A stretch of DNA of 64,000 bases from Sphyrna mokarran (Eukaryota): assembly GCA_024679065.1 (NCBI GenBank), contig JAGIQG010000048.1, forward strand, positions 372,001 through 436,000, read 5' to 3'. Both the position numbers and the translations under genes were made by a program. Under the pieces are notes generated by a model. That model was not told where the DNA came from. It did no database searches and saw only the letters and a list, made by a program, of their open reading frames with translations. Of this stretch, positions 49,081-62,575 are shown piece after piece (position 1 is the stretch's first letter; the number at the start of each line of letters is the position of its first letter).

Positions 49081-49956
49081 CTGTTGATTCCCTGCTGGAG
49101 GCGGCGCCTGGATCCACCTTCCACACCCCCAGATAGAATGGACTTCCCAGATTGACAAGAATTCATACTCAAATGGACATTTGATCTGTGTCGGGCTATT
49201 TGTTTGGCTGAATCTGTTCATGGATTATTCCTGATGGTGATATTACAATTCATCATTTATTTATTAAATTGACCAATTCCGTTGTAAATACGGTGATTTT
49301 ATTACCCCGCCCACAACAAGAAAACAAATCGAAAAATGATGGAATCACATTTGGGGAAATTAGACAATTTTGCAACAATTCCGTGCCTCTGCCACATTGG
49401 GATAATAAAACACAATTTATCCGAAGAAATAGCGTCGATTTCTGGAACTAAATGTGTGGAATATACAAAGTGATTGTATTTCCAGTGTGGATTCAGGTTT
49501 GAAGATGAGAAACAGCTCACACAGTATTTTCCTTGTATTTTTTTTCAAACTGTCCCAATCTGGAAGACAGCCCTCTGAAAATAATATGAATTCCTGAGAA
49601 TTATATAATTAATTGACAGAGAAACATAACATTAAATTGATTTTTGACTGAGAAGTGAATGAATTGGAATGCACACGAAGATCATTAAAGTTCTCCTTCA
49701 GCATCCAAATCATTGCAGCTCATTCTATTGGCCACCGGCTGTCTAACATTCGCTGGTATCAGGAACACACATTGTACAATGCACAATGTCACAAGAATAA
49801 ATGTTTTATCTTCCATTCAAGCAGCTTATGAAATGATCATTTCTCCACTCATTGGCAACTACGAGAGGAACTCTTTAATAACAGAAATCAGCTTATACTG
49901 TACAATAAAACACGGTGCAAATCAGCTACAGGAGATGCTGCTGTTTTAATAGGGGT

Positions 49957-50239
49957 CATGATGTAAAGATGCCAGCGTTGGATTGGGGTAGTAAGAACTC
50001 AGTAAGAATTTAGCAACACCAATTATTAATCCAACCGATTTATTTGATACTAAATCCGCGAGCTTTCAACACTCTTGTGTCTTCCTCAGGCAAGTGCAGT
50101 GTTCTGGTGTGTTCTGCAGTGTTCTGACCAGAACACTGCACTTGCCTGAGGAAAACACAAGAGTGTTGAAAGCTCGCGGATTTACTATCAAATAAATCGG
50201 TTGGATTAATAATTGGTGTTGCTAAATTCTTACTGAGTT
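49957..50239. mobile_element. Fold-back Penelope-like mini-element (arms 49996-50108 / 50127-50239)
   Basis: Near-perfect inverted repeat; flanks tttaatagggg t / tttaatagggt resemble a target duplication. Confidence 0.8.
50142..50179 (+). ncRNA. Minimal type I hammerhead ribozyme motif (second copy 50056-50093 minus)
   Basis: UUGC-CUGAGGA-A-AACAC(AAGA)GUGUU-GAAA-GCUC-GCGG. Confidence 0.65.
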
Positions 50240-52179
50240 TAATAGGGTGCAGAACTTTCACAATATTACAGGAATCGCCGTTGTTCATGTCAGTTTTATG
50301 TTGCTGGTTTAATATTTCAATTCACTGGGGAACTGTTACCATCAACATCTCTCTCTCTCTCATTCCATGATGTGGTTAATACACATTAATTAATAGAATG
50401 AAATTTACCTGGAAACTATACAATTGGAAAAAAAAGGTGACTTTATTGTATTGTAATACTATTTACTCACATAACGAACAGGGCATTGAATGAAAATACT
50501 TGATTAGAATGATTACCATTTTCTTGAGGGAATGAAACATTTATTATTAAAATGTCTGAATCCGGTTTTGTCCATTCAGGTTCACGCTAATCTGTGCCAC
50601 GCAGTATTTGGCAGCAATCCAGGCTGCTGTCAGATACTCAGTTATTGACAGGAAGCATCTGGGAGTGTTTGTGCAGTAGATGAAAGATCTGTTTCCTCAG
50701 TACTGACCGCTTGGCTGCAAGTCAACTTGAAACTCTTCACGTTGTCAGTGTGGACTATTTATAAACAAATCTACCCAGCAACAGTGCGGGGGGGCACTTG
50801 AATTTTTGGAAGTTATAAATCGAGATGATGTGTTGCCATCTCTAAAGAAGGGATTAATTTACACCTTCTTTGGCACCTTATTAATAACAGTGATGATTTA
50901 TACATGAGGAGATTGTGATGGACGGATAGAAAGAATCACAGGCAGATGGAAAAGTGGCTCACAGAGAGCTTATATGTTGTTATATTTGAGCATGCACATT
51001 TATATTTTATTTCCTTTTATCTTTCCCTCGGATGTTTGGTTGGAAAGACCGACACTTTTTGCCTTTCCCAAATTCCCCTAAATTGATTGTTTTTCTGGGA
51101 CACTTTCGAAGATATTAAAGAGTTAGCTATTTCACTCTCAGCCTGGACTTACATCCTTGTGAGGGAATGTAAGCAATGGCAGATTTCCTCCATTGGGGAA
51201 TAAGGGGGAGGTTCTAGTCCACATTTATCAATAGAATTCAAAATCTACCTGCGGGAATGGCCCGCCTTAAATCCCTGTCCTCACATCATTGGCCTGGGCC
51301 TCTGGATCACCGGATCAATTAAATTAATATCATGTCACCGTCGACACAAACAATATATATGTGACTGTGTTGACGCAGGAAGGAATGATATTTGAATGCC
51401 CCATGGATAAATGCCTGTTGGATGCCTGAATATTTTGATTGAGGAAATATTGATCGATGGTACTGAATGATGCTGTTCTACATTTCCATGTTTGTGTTTG
51501 ACTGCTTCATAAATTGAAAGAACTCCTTCATTCAATTTGTGTCCGTCTAATGCTTTCACTCCTTCCAGAGTGTCTGGGTGAAATCCATCCCGAGTTTCTC
51601 GGGAGTTTGCAAGCTGATCCTCGCGAAGAGAAGGAGGAGATGGTCCTGGGGTTCAGATGGTTCATTTCTCTGCTGATGTTGAATCTTCGTATCCAAGACA
51701 GGAAGAAGGAGCATCATGTAGTTGAGGAGGGATGACTGTACTGTACAAAATACTGACTCTTTCATCGAATCAATCAACATAGCCTCACCCAAATTAGTGA
51801 AGGCAACAGGGCGAAAAGTAAATACGGCAACAACAGAAATATTTGTGAAACTCACTGGCCAACTACAGGTGTGACATTACTTCCCAAAACAGTGAAATAA
51901 TGAATTGGAATTTAAAGATTCGGTAACTTCACATGAGGTACAGGTGACTCCATTTATATCATCACTTTGAAACCCACCCAGCTTTGTATCAGGACTTTCT
52001 GTGTGATGATGAGGTGCTGACTTGTCAATGAAGTGCAGAGGCTGCTGGTTCATTATCCTCCATCTGAATTAATTCCATTCCCCACTGAATTCTGGACGGA
52101 TTTTATTCCTTGGTGACAAAAAAGCCAATATATTGTCTATAAGTTTTAATACCAATAAATGATACGAAGCAAAGTACAA

Positions 52180-52682
52180 TTATACAGAAGGAAATACTGA
52201 AAATGAACAGAAAATACTGGATTATCTCAGTAACATCTGTGGAGGCAGAACAGATCCTTTGTTTCAAATCTGGATGACGCTTCGGCAGAGAATTCCTGAT
52301 GCTTTGGAGACACAATCATTGTGTCAGAAAAGCCAGATAAATTTCCTGTGAGATGGGAATAACAGAAATAGTAGATACTATTTCAGACAAACACAAGCTG
52401 CATCAATTCACAGAGTGATCCCAAATATCAGAACAAATTTCTTCATCCTAACCTAATCAACAACTCAATCACGAACTATATCCTTAAAAAAATCCTAATC
52501 CCTATCCACTCACATCATTTCTCAATTTCATTACTCTCTTCAATTTCCTCCAAATAAAAAAAATCTCACTGACTGGAAACTTTGGTTCTATTCTCTCTCC
52601 ACAGATGCTATCAGACCCGTTGAGATTTTCCAACATTCATTATTTTTGTTTGAGTTTCCAGAATCTGCAGTATTTTGCTTTG
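52180..52682. mobile_element. Decayed Penelope-like remnant with inverted termini
   Basis: acagaaaatactgg...catctgtggag at the left; ctccacagatgct...gagattttcca...gcagtattttgcttt at the right. Confidence 0.5.
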
Positions 52683-53599
52683 ATCAAACTGATGAACATA
52701 ATTGGTGATCTAATTGTATGAATTGATGATAACTGGAGAATTGGAACAACCTCGCTTATAAATTCCTCTCCAAGATACTCACAAGCCCCACTTGGACCAA
52801 TCCTTTACTAACGCTGCCTCGGGATCTGGGGGGAATCCTCCCTAAGAGCACTGTCGGTGTACCTACACTGCAGGTTCTGCAGCAATTGAATAAGGCGGCT
52901 CCCCACCAGCTTGCCGAATGCAGCTGGCAATGGGGAATAAGTGGGGGCCTCGACAAGATTGCCTTCCGCCTGCACTTAACTACGCCTCTCTTTGAATTAT
53001 GTTGGTTTTACTCCACTGTTTTGTGAGAAAAACAAGTCATATGTTGGGATAAAAAAGATTGCTATCAGGCAAGATGCAGAACCAGGCATATTGGTTCACC
53101 AGTATTTTATTGTGCTGTAATTTGCTTTTCTTTTGTTTTTCATTGACAGTGCACAAGACTTGATATCCATTTTCAATGCAGTCAGCAGAAGTAGATTTCA
53201 GATACCACTTCTTCTTTTCCACTGTTCAAAGCCTGATAGAGTTTGCATTTGTAGAAGGATGCAGAGATTTGTGTTCTGCCAGCTAGTTTCATCATTACTG
53301 CCCTTGACCAGTGCAATAAAAACTGAGCCCATGTCCCAGTGCAATAAAAACATGGAGACGGTCAATTACAGAAGTAAAACTGCATCTAGTTTGATACAAA
53401 CAGAGACAGATCTAAAATAATATAAACACAATTAACATCTAGTTTAATATAAACAGAAACATAAACCGGAACAGTGTCTAATTTAGTACAGATAATACAT
53501 CCAATTTACTGTGTGTAGAGACTTAAAATTCTACGTGCTAGATAAAAAGGGTCTAGTGGATGTGGCTTATCATATAAGCTGACACAGGCTGCATTTACT

Positions 53600-54200
53600 G
53601 TAATATAAAGAGACTGGTTCAATCCCCATGAAATTTGTAGAGACAGTTGACTGTCCCACTGAAAACTTACAGGACAGGAGTAACACGGGGTTAGCTGCGG
53701 AATTTCCCCTCTGCTCTGGCAAATGAATAACTCCCAAAGCAGGAATAGCATGATTTGGATGCAAAGTGAATCGCCTTCAATTCAAACATTCCAAGAACAG
53801 TCTACTGTCTATAAACAGAGTGAAACTCCGTCTACAAATCTGTTCAAACAATATTAAGGCAGAAAGGGCATGGACGCTCTTCTATGTAAAAACTCTCCTG
53901 CTCTCTCCCTTCAGAGATTCAGGAAGCAGGTTTCAATTAGCGTTAGGAATAGGGGAAAGAGCCGCCTGCACAGTTCCACAAAACACACCCAGGCCAGGTA
54001 CGGCAGAGATTAGATACGGATTAAATCTTCCTTGACAAAGATGCATCAAACGTCCATAAGCCAAATACAATGAGTTGAGACGCAGAGTAAATATTCCTCT
54101 ACTCTGTCCGGTCAAATACTCCAAGGACAGGGACAGCACTGGCTAAATATAGGGAAAAGTTCCACATTGAATCCTTACCACCAGGTTAGACGCAGAAGAA
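53600..54200. repeat. Degenerate tandem repeat (ggttagatacagagtaaa.ctccctct...tcaaacactccc-like units); paralogue ~62870-63130
   Basis: Recurring ttaga...gagt.aa...cctctac...tcaaa.a.tcca/c units. Confidence 0.55.
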
Positions 54201-56150
54201 AATGTATCAAGCATTTCAAGATCATGGATTTCTCAAGAGATCTGTTTGAGTAATTCTCAGTCATAGATTGCAATTTATTGAATTACATTATTTTAGAAGC
54301 CTGTAACTCTGGCTGAGAGAAGACATTGGGCTGACATGGACTTTATGCTGTGGAGTTAAGACAATGAACCATCTTGGAGAGACAGGACACAGACAGGAGA
54401 AAGACAGAGATAGAGATGAAACACGGGGAGATTTACAGGAACACATTTGCTGTGTCATTACATTTAGGATCAGAGGGATTATTCCTTAATTCTGAACATA
54501 GATATCATCATGATGTTTTTTTCCTCACATAACTGATGAAGAAATGATGTTGAAAACAATCCTCACTGGAATCCGTTGATTGATTTGCATGGTTGTCTCT
54601 ATTTCTGGGCTGTGTTGGTGGGGAAATATTTGCTGTGTTTTTATCAGTCAACAATCTAATTCGGAATTTCTATTTCTGTATTTATTTACATAAATACCTC
54701 AGTGTTTACAATGAAATGTCCGTGACAACAAAACCAGATAAACCGTCACTTATTGATCAGTTTCAATTCAAAATTGTGGTTTATTTTAAGAATTTTAACG
54801 GTTGGTTCAAAATGAATCGAAACTTTTTGAACATTTATAACACCAGTTCTGATGTCACAATTAATTCATTTACCAGGCAACATCCTGGTAATCCTCCTCT
54901 GTACCCTCTCCAATGCCTCCACATCTTTCTTATAATGCGGGGACCAGAACTGTACACAATACTCCAAGTGCGGCCACACTAGAGTTTTGTACCGTTGCAA
55001 CATGACGTTGCGGCTCCGAAATTCAATCCCCCTACCAATAAAAGCTACGACTCCATATGCCTTCTTAACAACCTTCTCGACTTGACTGCCTACTTTCAGG
55101 GATCTATGCACATACACACCAAGATCCCTCTGTTCATCAAGACTACTAAGAATCCTACCATTAGCCCTATACTCTACACATTTATTATTTCTGCCATAGT
55201 GCATTACCTCACACTTTTCCACATTAAACTCCTTTTGCCACCTCTCGGCCCAGCTCTGCAACTTGTCCAAGTCCCTCTGCAAACTATAACACCCCTCTTC
55301 ACTATCTACCACTCCACCGACTTTAGTGTCATTTGCAAATTTACTAATCCATCCTTCAATACCCTCATCCAGATCATTTATAAAAATTACAAACAGCCGG
55401 GGCCCCAAAACAGACCCCTGAGGTACACCACTTGTCACCGAACTCCACGATGAATATCTCCCATCAACCACCACCCTCTGTCTTCTATCTGCTAGCCAAA
55501 ATTTGCCCGTAATTATTTCCCATCCCAGTGTTGTATTGGGTTGGGGAAATCATCATTGTTACTAACAAGGTGCCAGAGAATCGGGATACCTTTCTTTTCC
55601 AAAGGAAATGGAAAGCATGCATCAGCTTTCCAGATTTAAAAAAATCATTAAGTTAGCTCCAGTACTGTTACTAGGCAGATTTGTTCAGAAATAGGCTCCA
55701 TTGACAATGCTGAGAGTTTGAAGTTGGATTGCAGCCAATCGCTCAGCACTGAGGAAACAGATTTTCGACTTACTGAACAAACAGCATCGGATGCTTCCTG
55801 TAAATATCTTGGCGTATTTGGGAACAAATTGGACTGGAGCCAAATACTGCGTAGGACAGATTAACGTGGACATGTAGGGATAAAATGGGACTTAACCAGT
55901 CCCACAATAAATACTTGATTCCCACAATAAAGACATGTTTTAAATGGTATTCACTCCAAGCAATATTTTCAGGGACTGTACTGTGATTAAACAGTAACAG
56001 AAATGGGTAAATTGGATCGATCCATTTGTGTAGATCCATTTGGTGATCTAATTGAGGCGTATAAGATGATCAGAGGGTTAGATAGGGTGGATAGTGAGAG
56101 CATTTTTCCTCAGATGGAGAAAGCTAACACGAGGGGACATAGCTTTAAAT

Positions 56151-56440
56151 CATGTCACACTATCTGTAACCCCCACGACTTGCCTGGGTTAGCAAAAAAC
56201 CTCACTTACTGTGCTGTCTGGAGACAATACACATCTCTCTAATCTGTGCTCAGTGCTCCTTCCACTCACATTGTCAGCCACTTTAAGACTTGAATAGCAG
56301 GTTAGGTGTAAGGATTCACATTCTAATCAGCAATCTGTAACTGTCTATGCTGATATGTGTGCTATTGCAGACCAGAACACCTCATTCGCCTGACGAAGGC
56401 ACAAACACCGAAAGCGAGCAATTTTACTATGAAATAAATC
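56151..56440 (+). mobile_element. Penelope-like 3' end with decayed hammerhead (ctgacga...ccgaaagc)
   Basis: Homologous to 24621-24965. Confidence 0.7.
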
Positions 56441-56464
56441 AGAATGACATTTATTTGGAAGTTA

Positions 56465-56820
56465 GAACATAGAACATTACAGCGCAGTACAGGCCCTTCG
56501 GCCCTCGATGTTGCGCCGACCAATGGAACCAATTTTATGACCCTCTATCCTAAAGTATTCCCATGCTATCCATCTGCCTATCCACTGACCATTTGAACGC
56601 CCTTAAACTTGGTGAGTCCACAACTGCTGTAGGCAGGGCATTCCATGCCCTTACCACCCTCTGAGTAAAGAACCCACCTCTAACATCTGTCCTAGAACTA
56701 CCACCCCTTAATTTAAAGCTATGTCCCCTCGTGTTAGCTTTCTCCATTCGAGGAAAAATGCTCTCACTATCCACCCTATCTAACCCTCTGATCATCTTAT
56801 ACACCTCAATTAGATCACCA
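56465..56820 (-). mobile_element. CR1 3' fragment
   Basis: ORF 56550-56858. Confidence 0.9.
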
Positions 56821-57359
56821 AATGGATCTACACAAATGGATCGATCCAATTTACCCATTTCTGTTACTGTTTAATCACAATACAGTCCCTGAAAATATTG
56901 CTTGGAGTGAATACCATTTAAAACGTGTCTTTATTGTGGGAATCAAGTATTTATTGTGGGACTGGTTAAGTCCCATTTTATCCCTACATGTCCACGTTAA
57001 TCCGTCCTACGCAGTATTTGGCTCCAGTCCAATTTGCTCCCAAATACGCCAAGATATTTACAGGAAGCATCCGATGCTGTTTGTTCAGTAAGTCGAAAAT
57101 CTGTTTCCTCAGTGCTGAGCGATTGGCTGCAATCCAACTTCAAACTCTCAGCATTGTCAATGGAGCCTATTTCTGAACAAATCTGCCTAGTACTGGAGCT
57201 AACTTAATGATTTTTTTAAATCTGGAAAGCTGATGCATGCTTTCCATTTCCTTGGGAAAAGAAAGGTATCCCGATTCTCTGGCACCTTGTTAGTAACAAT
57301 GATGATTTCCCCAACCCAATACAACACTGGGATGGGAAATAATTACCGGCAAATTTTGG

Positions 57360-58415
57360 CTAGCAGATAGAAGACAGAGGGTGGTGGTTGATGGGAGTTA
57401 TTCATCGTGGAGTTCGGTTACAAGTGGTGTACCTCAGGGGTCTGTTTTGGGGCCCCTGCTGTTTGTAATTTTTATAAATGATCTGGATGTGGGTATTGAA
57501 GGATGGATTATTAAATTTGCAGATGACACTAAAGTCGGTGGAGTGGTAGATAGTGAAGAGGGGTGTTATAGTTTGCAGAGAGACTTGTACAAGTTGCAGA
57601 GCTGGGCCGAGAGGTGGCAAATGGAGTTTAATGTGGAAAAGTGTGAGGTAATGCACTATGGCAGGAATAGTAAATGTGTAGAGTATAGGGCTAATGGTAG
57701 GATTCTTAGTAGTCTGGATGAACAGAGGGATCTTGGTGTGTATGTGCATAGATCCCTGAAAGTAGGCAGTCAAGTCGAGAAGGTTGTTAAGAAGGCATAT
57801 GGAGTCTTGGCTTTTATTGGTAGGGGGATTGAATTTCGGGGCCGCAACGTCATGTTGCAACTGTACAAAACTCTAATGCGGCCACACTTGGAGTATTGTG
57901 TGCAGTTCTGGTCCCCACATTATAAGAAAGATGTGGAGGCATTGGAGAGGGTACAGAGGAGGTTTACCAGGATGTTGCCTGGTATGGAGGGCAGGTCTAT
58001 GAAGAGAGGTTGAAGGATTTGAGGTTGTTTTCGTTAGAAAGGAGGCGGCTAAGAGGGGATCTTATTGAAGCATATAAGATGATTAGAGGTTTAGATAGGG
58101 TGGACAGTGATAGCCTTTTTCCTAGGATGGAGAAAGCTAGCATGAGGGGACACAACTTTAAATTAAGGGGTGATAGTTATAGGACTGATATCAGAGGTAG
58201 GTTCTTTACCCAAAGGGTGGTTCGGGAGTGGAATGCCCTGCCTGCCGCAGTTGTAGATGCGCCAAGTTTGGTGGCGTTTAAGAGGTTAGTTGATAAGTAT
58301 ATGGAAGAGAAGGGATTGATTTAGTTTGGAGGGTCATTGCTTTTTATATTGGTCGGCGCAACATCGAAGGCTGAAGGGCCTGTTCTGTGCTGTAATGTTC
58401 TATGTTCTATGTTCT
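57360..58415 (+). mobile_element. CR1 RT-to-3' fragment (partial mirror 54871-55495 minus)
   Basis: [14 protein letters not shown]...KFADDTK; atgttct tail. Confidence 0.92.
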
Positions 58416-58674
58416 AAATTGTGAGAGTTGATTCAGAGAGGTGATATATCTTATACTGTATAAACATTGTTGTGTTTTATTTCACTTTATTCTTCCAGGG
58501 GACGCGGGAGTCACTGGAAAGAACACCATTTGTTTCCTGTGCTAAATTCCTTTTCAGCTGAGTGGTGTGTCAGGGCATCTTAGAAGGCATTGTCTAGTTA
58601 TGTACATGGCGGCCCAACTTGAGTTACAGCCCGCTGAGCCATGTAGGGACGGCAGATTTCCTTCACTGGGGAAT

Positions 58675-59390
58675 CAGGAGGTGGAGAGGGACCTGGGGAT
58701 CCTTGTGCACAAATCACAAAAACCCAGTCTGCAGCTACAGCAGGTGATCAAGAAGGTGAATGGGATGGTGGCCTTTATGGCGAGGGGGATAGAATATAAA
58801 AGCAGGGAGGTCTTGCTGTAACTGTACAGGGCACTGGTGAGGCAGCAACTGGAGAACTGTGTGCAGTTTTGGTCCCCGCGTTTGTGTAAGGATATATTGG
58901 CCTTGGAGGGAGTACAGAGAACATTCACCAGGCTGATATCGGAGATGAGGGGTTAGTTTATGAGGGGAGATTGAATAGACTGGGTCTGTACTCGTTAGAG
59001 AAGGTTGAGGGGGGATCTTATAGAGACTTACAAGATAATGAAGGGAATGGATAGGGTAGAGGTAGAGAGATTCTTCCCACTTAGAAAGGAAACCAGAATT
59101 CGAGGGCACAGCCTCAAAATAAGGGGGGGTGGTTTAGATCAGAGTTGAGGAAGGAACTTCTTCACTCAGAGGATGGTGAATCTGGAATTCTCTGCCTCTT
59201 AAAGTGGCAGAGGCTCCCTCGCTGAATATATTTAAGTCACGGGTAGATAGGTTTCTGATAGACAAGGGAATTACAGGGAGAAAGCGGGAAAGTGGAACTG
59301 ATCCACTTCAGATCAGCCATGATCTTATTGAATGGTGGGACAGGCTCGAGGGGCTGGATGGCCGACTCCTGCTCCTATTTCTGATGTTCT
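58675..59390 (+). mobile_element. CR1 3' fragment (different subfamily)
   Basis: VERDLGILVHKSQK...GIEYKSREVLL. Confidence 0.88.
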
Positions 59391-61294
59391 AATGTCGCCT
59401 TTCTAGAGTAACAAAATCGCTCGACAGAACGTTACACAAATCAGTGAAGAATGAATCAATAAACAATATGGCAACTCAAATATTGTGAAAGTCACTGGAC
59501 AATTTGAAGCTTTAAATTATTTGTCAGAACCGTGTAAAAATCAATCTGGATTTTGAAGCTTCTATAAATTTATATTAGATAGAGATTGTTTCAGTCATAC
59601 AGCCATTTTTAAAATGGTCACATACTCGTTATATATCAAGAGTTTCTGTGTGATGATGAGGTGATTACTTGTCAATAAAGTTCAGAGGCTGCTGGGTAGC
59701 TACTACTATTTTGTCCTGATTTCATTCAATCTCCCGCTGAATTCTGGGGCAGAAAAGCCAATGCATTTGAATCCTAATATCTTATGTTAAATATACTGCA
59801 ATTAAATTGGCATCAGATAAAATATTGATAATAATTGGTGAAATATTAATTTATTTTTGTGAATTGAAGATTATTGGTAATATTGGCACCAGGCAATGAC
59901 CATCTGCAAAAATGAAAAGTCTACTCCTTGTCATATAATGATATTGTGACACTGAATCACAGACTACAAACATCGCTGGGATACCATTGGCTGGCATTAG
60001 TTCGGTATGTGAATACTCTGGCTGCAATATCAGGTCAACATGCTGTGGGTAACTCACCTCCTGACTCCTCAAATCTCTGCACCACCTACATGACACATAT
60101 CAGGAGACTAAAATGGGTCTTTCCGCTTGTTTGAGTAAGTGCAGTTCGAACAACATTCAAAAATCTTCATTCCATTCAGGACAAAGCAACCGGTATAACA
60201 TTCGCAAATATTCTCTCCCTCCACCAGAGAGAATCATTATCTACAAGTTTCACTTCTGAACCTCATCAAGATTCCTCAGGCAGCACCTTCCAACCACGTG
60301 ACAGTTACCATCTAGAAGGAACATGGTCACAGTTACTAGGGAATATCACCTATAAATTCCCCTCCCAGTCAGTTATATGCCTGATGTGGAACTATATCAT
60401 CCTTCCTTCATTGTCTTTGGATCAAATCCTAGAACTCCCTCTTAACAGGACGGTATGGGTGCCTACACCGCAGGATCGGCAGCAACTCAAGAAGGCAGCT
60501 TACCACCAGCTTACTAAACACAATTAGGGATAGGCAACAAATACTGACTTGGCCGGAAACACCCATATCCCTTCAATTAAAACGTCAATATATCAATGTT
60601 TATGAATGGATGATGACTAAAATTATGCATCTTTGAGAATGGATGGCAATTGATGGAAATAAACACCAACTTTCTGAACATATATGACCTTCGCACTTGT
60701 AGTTCTCCTTTCGCTCTGGACTCGGATCAATATCAGTTATTCCTCGATGAGACCAGGACCCTATTTAGACGGTACTTTCTGAGTTATAACAGTGCTGAAC
60801 TATATTTCAGTTAATATGGGTGGCACGTTGGCACAATGATTATCACTGCTGTTTGACATCACCAGGGACCTGGCTTCACTTCCCAGCTATGATGACTGTC
60901 TGTGTGGAGTCTGCCTGTTCTCCCTGTGGCTGCTGGTTCTATCCCCGTCCCCCGGTTTCCTCCCACAGTCCGAAGGACGTGCTGTTTAGGCGAATTTCGG
61001 CCATGCTACACTCTCCCTTAAACTCTACCCCAACAGCCGAGTAGGGGATTTTTACAGTAACTTAATTACAGTGTTAATGTCGGCCTAATGACACTGATAA
61101 ATAAGCTTCAAAACTTCAATCTGACTGCGTCTCAATTCCGACTGCATCAAAACATTTATGTGTGTGTGTACTAAACTGAAACAAAATTCTTGCATTACAA
61201 GTGTTTCGGTAACAGTATTGCTTGAACAATTCATGAAATCAAATGCTCTCGATCTTGTTTTAGTTGGAATTTGCTGTATGAGGAACGGGTTCAG

Positions 61295-61705
61295 GATTCT
61301 GGGTCTGTACTCGTTGGGAGTTTAGAAGGATGGCGGGGGGATCTTATTGAAACTTCCAGGATCCTGCGAGGCCCTGGATAGAGTGGACACAGAGAGGATG
61401 TTTCCACTAGTAGGAAAAACTCGAACCAGAGAGGGAACAACCTCAGGCTAAAGGGACGATCCTTTAAAACAGAGATGGGGAGGAATTTGTTCAGCCAGAG
61501 AGTGGGGAATGTGTGGAACTCTTTACCGCAGAGGAGGCCGGGTCACTGAGTGTCTTTAAGACAGAGATAGATAGGTTCCTGATTAATAAGGGGATCAGGG
61601 AAAAGGCAGGAGAATGGGGGATGAGAAAAATATCAGCCATGATTGAATGGGGGAGCAGACTCGATTGGCCGAGTGGCCTCATTCTGCTCCTATGTCTTAT
61701 GGTAT
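61295..61705 (+). mobile_element. CR1 3' fragment
   Basis: gggggatcttattgaaac...ttcagccagagagtgg...tgtcttatggt. Confidence 0.8.
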
Positions 61706-62107
61706 GATCTTAAAGCTCCATCAGTCCATGTATGTGTTTATTTGACCCTGACTCTGCCCACATTTCATGCGACCAGGTCACTGTTATTAATGCACTGGAT
61801 TTTGCATTTGTTTGAATTAAAGGCACATTAATCTACGGTTCTGTGAGAATAAGTTACTATGTTGTGCTAAAAACAATTGTATTCAGCAGGATCCTGAAAC
61901 AGAAACTATTACATCGACAGTGCAGCCAGCGCAGGGTTTGATATCCACTTGCAATGCAGAATTGGATTTCTAGAGATCACTTGCTCCAGTGCCCAAGACC
62001 AGTCTCCATCCGAGAGAGTGGTGTCTGTAGGAGATCAGAGAGAAATGTGTTCCCCAGCCATTTTTCACATTACTGCGCCTTGTCTAGAGCAGTAATAACT
62101 GAGTCGT

Positions 62108-62575
62108 AAGAACATAAGAAATAGGAGCAGGAGTCGGCCATCCAGCCCCTCGAGCCTGCCCCGTCATTCAATAAGATCAGGGCTGATCTGTAATGGTTCA
62201 GTTCCACTTTCCCACTTTCTCCCCGTAACCCTTAATTCACTTGTCAATCAAAAACCTATCCACTCTTAAACATATTCAGTGAGGAAGCCTTCACCACCTC
62301 ATCAGGCAGAGAATTCCAAATAACCACCCTTTGCGTGAAGAAACTCCTCCTCAACTCCGATTTGAACTGCTCCCTGCTCCCCTAATCTTGAGGCTGTGCC
62401 CTCTAGTCCTGCTATCTTTGCTAAGCGGGAAGAGTCTCTCAACCTCTACCCTATCCATCCCCTTCATTATCTTATACGTCTCTATAAGATCCTCTCTCAG
62501 CCTTCTAAACTCCAAAGAGTACAAACCTAGCCTATTTAGTCTCTCCTCATAATCCTACGCCCTCATCTCCGGTAT
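62108..62575 (-). mobile_element. CR1 3' fragment
   Basis: taagaacataagaaataggagcaggagtcggcc tail on the plus strand. Confidence 0.85.

Larger units (their letters stand above)
54871..57984. repeat. Palindrome: arms 54871-56150 and 56711-57984, 560-bp spacer
   Basis: Mirror ORFs 55770-56039- / 56822-57091+ and 54866-55474- / 57381-58013+. Confidence 0.93.

Noticed and set aside
54583-54590. Perfect octamer (ATGCAAAT on the IgH sense strand)
   Set aside because: It is 5.6 kb from the leader, absent from the paralogous block at ~63440, and expected by chance in 64 kb.
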